Shown: in pieces, positions 30,577 to 32,498 of the stretch
Position numbering within the stretch: the stretch's first letter is position 1
Layout: each line of letters starts with the position of its first letter
NCBI RefSeq assembly: GCF_001194135.2
Contig: NC_068981.1
Location: forward strand, 122,182,788 to 122,215,285
Source of the DNA: Octopus bimaculoides
Taxonomy: Eukaryota
Length of the DNA stretch: 32,498 nt
Reading direction: 5' to 3'
Translations under genes and position numbers: made by a program
The notes under the pieces: model-generated
The model's database searches: none
Told to the model about the DNA's origin: nothing
Seen by the model: the letters and a program-made list of their open reading frames with translations, nothing else

Positions 30577-32452
30577 GTTAGTTCTCCTCGATTGTCAATA
30601 TCCCAGTTTGTTCGAGAAGATATATGCTTACAGCCGTCAATGTATATTTGACTCACTTTTCACAACGCTGGTCAATATACATAGATATATGCATGTATAT
30701 CTATCTATATATATATGTGTGTCTGTTTATCTATCTATCTATCTATCTATCTATATATATATATATATGAAGGGAATATGCGGTACTCATCAGCTTGCAG
30801 ACACTGTATTCCGTTGATTAATCTGTTTATTTTATAACCAAAATGACAAAAAAGACAATATACAGACACTTCCATTACATGTCAGTTTATACACATGTGC
30901 TTGCATGTAATATCTTTGTACATATTAATACCATTATTTCTTTTAGAGTTCTATTGAAAACAGGATGCTTTATCGTATCTACATGAAACATCTATAGACC
31001 GTTTGCAAAAACAAATTTCTCAAGTTTATTTATATTGCAGACTATCACATCATACTTATCAGTCTTTAGGGGCTTTGCTCTTTATTCCATTATAACTGGA
31101 GATATATATCTGTATAGATTTTCCTGACAGAACTCNNNNNNNNNNNNNNNNNNNNNNNNNNNNNNNNNNNNNNNNNNNNNNNNNNNNNNNNNNNNNNNNN
31201 NNNNNNNNNNNNNNNNNNNNNNNNNNNNNNNNNNNNNNNNNNNNNNNNNNNNNNNNNNNNNNNNNNNNNNNNNNNNNNNNNNNNNNNNNNNNNNNNNNNN
31301 NNNNNNNNNNNNNNNNNNNNNNNNNNNNNNNNNNNNNNNNNNNNNNNNNNNNNNNNTATATATATATATATATATATATATATGTTTATACTACATACAT
31401 ACGTATGTTTCTATGTGTATGTAAGTAGTTGTGCGTATATGTTTTAGTGAATAAAACTGATCGATTGTATTCATGCAGATAAAGATCTAGAGATCTTTAT
31501 ATTAGATTAATTCTATTTTCCGATATAAGATATATTATCACTTTATGGAGTTGTATAAGTGTATTATATTATAATACGGCCGTCCATTTATAGTTTGAGA
31601 TTTCCTGTAACCAATGCTTCAAACAGTACATCTTCCTAAATGTATATATTAGGAACAACGTAGCAGTGGACAAAAAAGCAATATAAATTGGTCAAAAAAT
31701 ACATAATCGATTTCCTCGCCATTTTGACAAACATAGAAAATAGTCATTTTATTCACACTGGCATATATACAAAATATATAGAATATATATTAAAATGAAA
31801 AAAAAATTATTCGAACTAGTATTCTTACAAAAAAGTTGTAATTAACTTTTATCTGGACACAACCATATATTTTTTTATATTTTCTTTCCTGCAAGCTGTG
31901 CCAATTGTGTAGCGTTGCATAACGAATATATTCTCAATGGTATAATTATGTATACTATGAAAGGAGTGTCATCGAACAAAAAAGTGGCTGTCACTCGTGA
32001 AAACTATATTACATATAATATATACTTAAAACCTAACCACTGAGTGAAACACCTTCAAGCACTAAAAAATATTTTCTTGAATACGTTATTTTTTTTTTGG
32101 CTGTATGGAATTATATTGCAGTTATACATGAAAAAATATAAATGAAAGCAAACACGTTGTTGTATAGATAAATTTGTACCATATTTAAGAGTCATTATTC
32201 AAATTATTTTGTATGTAAGAAAGGAAAAATATACAGCAAGTAACAGGCAAATTGAGGAAGTGGGAAATGCAAAAAGAGAGGCAGAGAAATATGTAGGGAG
32301 AGAAAGACAGAGATGGAGGGAAAGACAGACAGAATGAGAGAGATTATAATAGAAAACTGATAATAAACAAATACATGATTGAATGAAAATGTAAATATTG
32401 ATGACAATTTTTAGATTCCAACGACAAGTACATGTGTAAGTATCTTCTGGTG

Positions 32453-32453
<1 letters not shown>

Positions 32454-32498
<45 letters not shown>
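32454..32498. repeat. (AC)n microsatellite at the window end
   Basis: Directly visible. Confidence 0.98.

Noticed and set aside
31479-31500. Perfect 10-bp-arm palindrome ATAAAGATCT-AG-AGATCTTTAT
   Set aside because: Short, AT-rich and isolated; about what chance gives in 32 kb.

Overview
AT-rich, microsatellite-dense eukaryotic DNA from a gapped scaffold: 10 N-runs, about 2.3 kb, most abutting simple repeats. The SINE families and repeat landscape look like an octopus/coleoid cephalopod genome (inference from recalled repeat sequences, not a database result). I could not support any intact protein-coding gene, tRNA, rRNA or CRISPR array, and nearly all ORFs in the supplied track are microsatellite/N artefacts or antisense to TE relics. 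What is supported is a TE graveyard. Non-LTR relics: a CR1-group RT fragment (16-579), several RLE-type (R4/Dong-like) LINE fragments including a 1.5 kb RT-to-zinc-knuckle piece (27998-29480), and a Penelope GIY-YIG fragment. IS630-Tc1-mariner relics: a near full-length DD37E/TRT-like Tc1 (8813-~10404), a DD37D/maT C-terminus, a mariner with an internal deletion, and possibly a fourth, very decayed one. At least three tRNA-derived SINE families are present. The most interesting unexplained structures are: (i) three head-to-tail SINE copies bracketed by four copies of a 16-17 nt motif (3636-4303); (ii) a 115-nt imperfect fold-back (2336-2450) that pairs better on the minus strand; (iii) a decayed hammerhead-like motif downstream of the Penelope ORF; (iv) weak exon/intron signals, including a Rho-like 108-nt segment and a possible minus-strand gene at 19.6-24.5 kb. 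I found no convincing evidence of a wholly new biological system.
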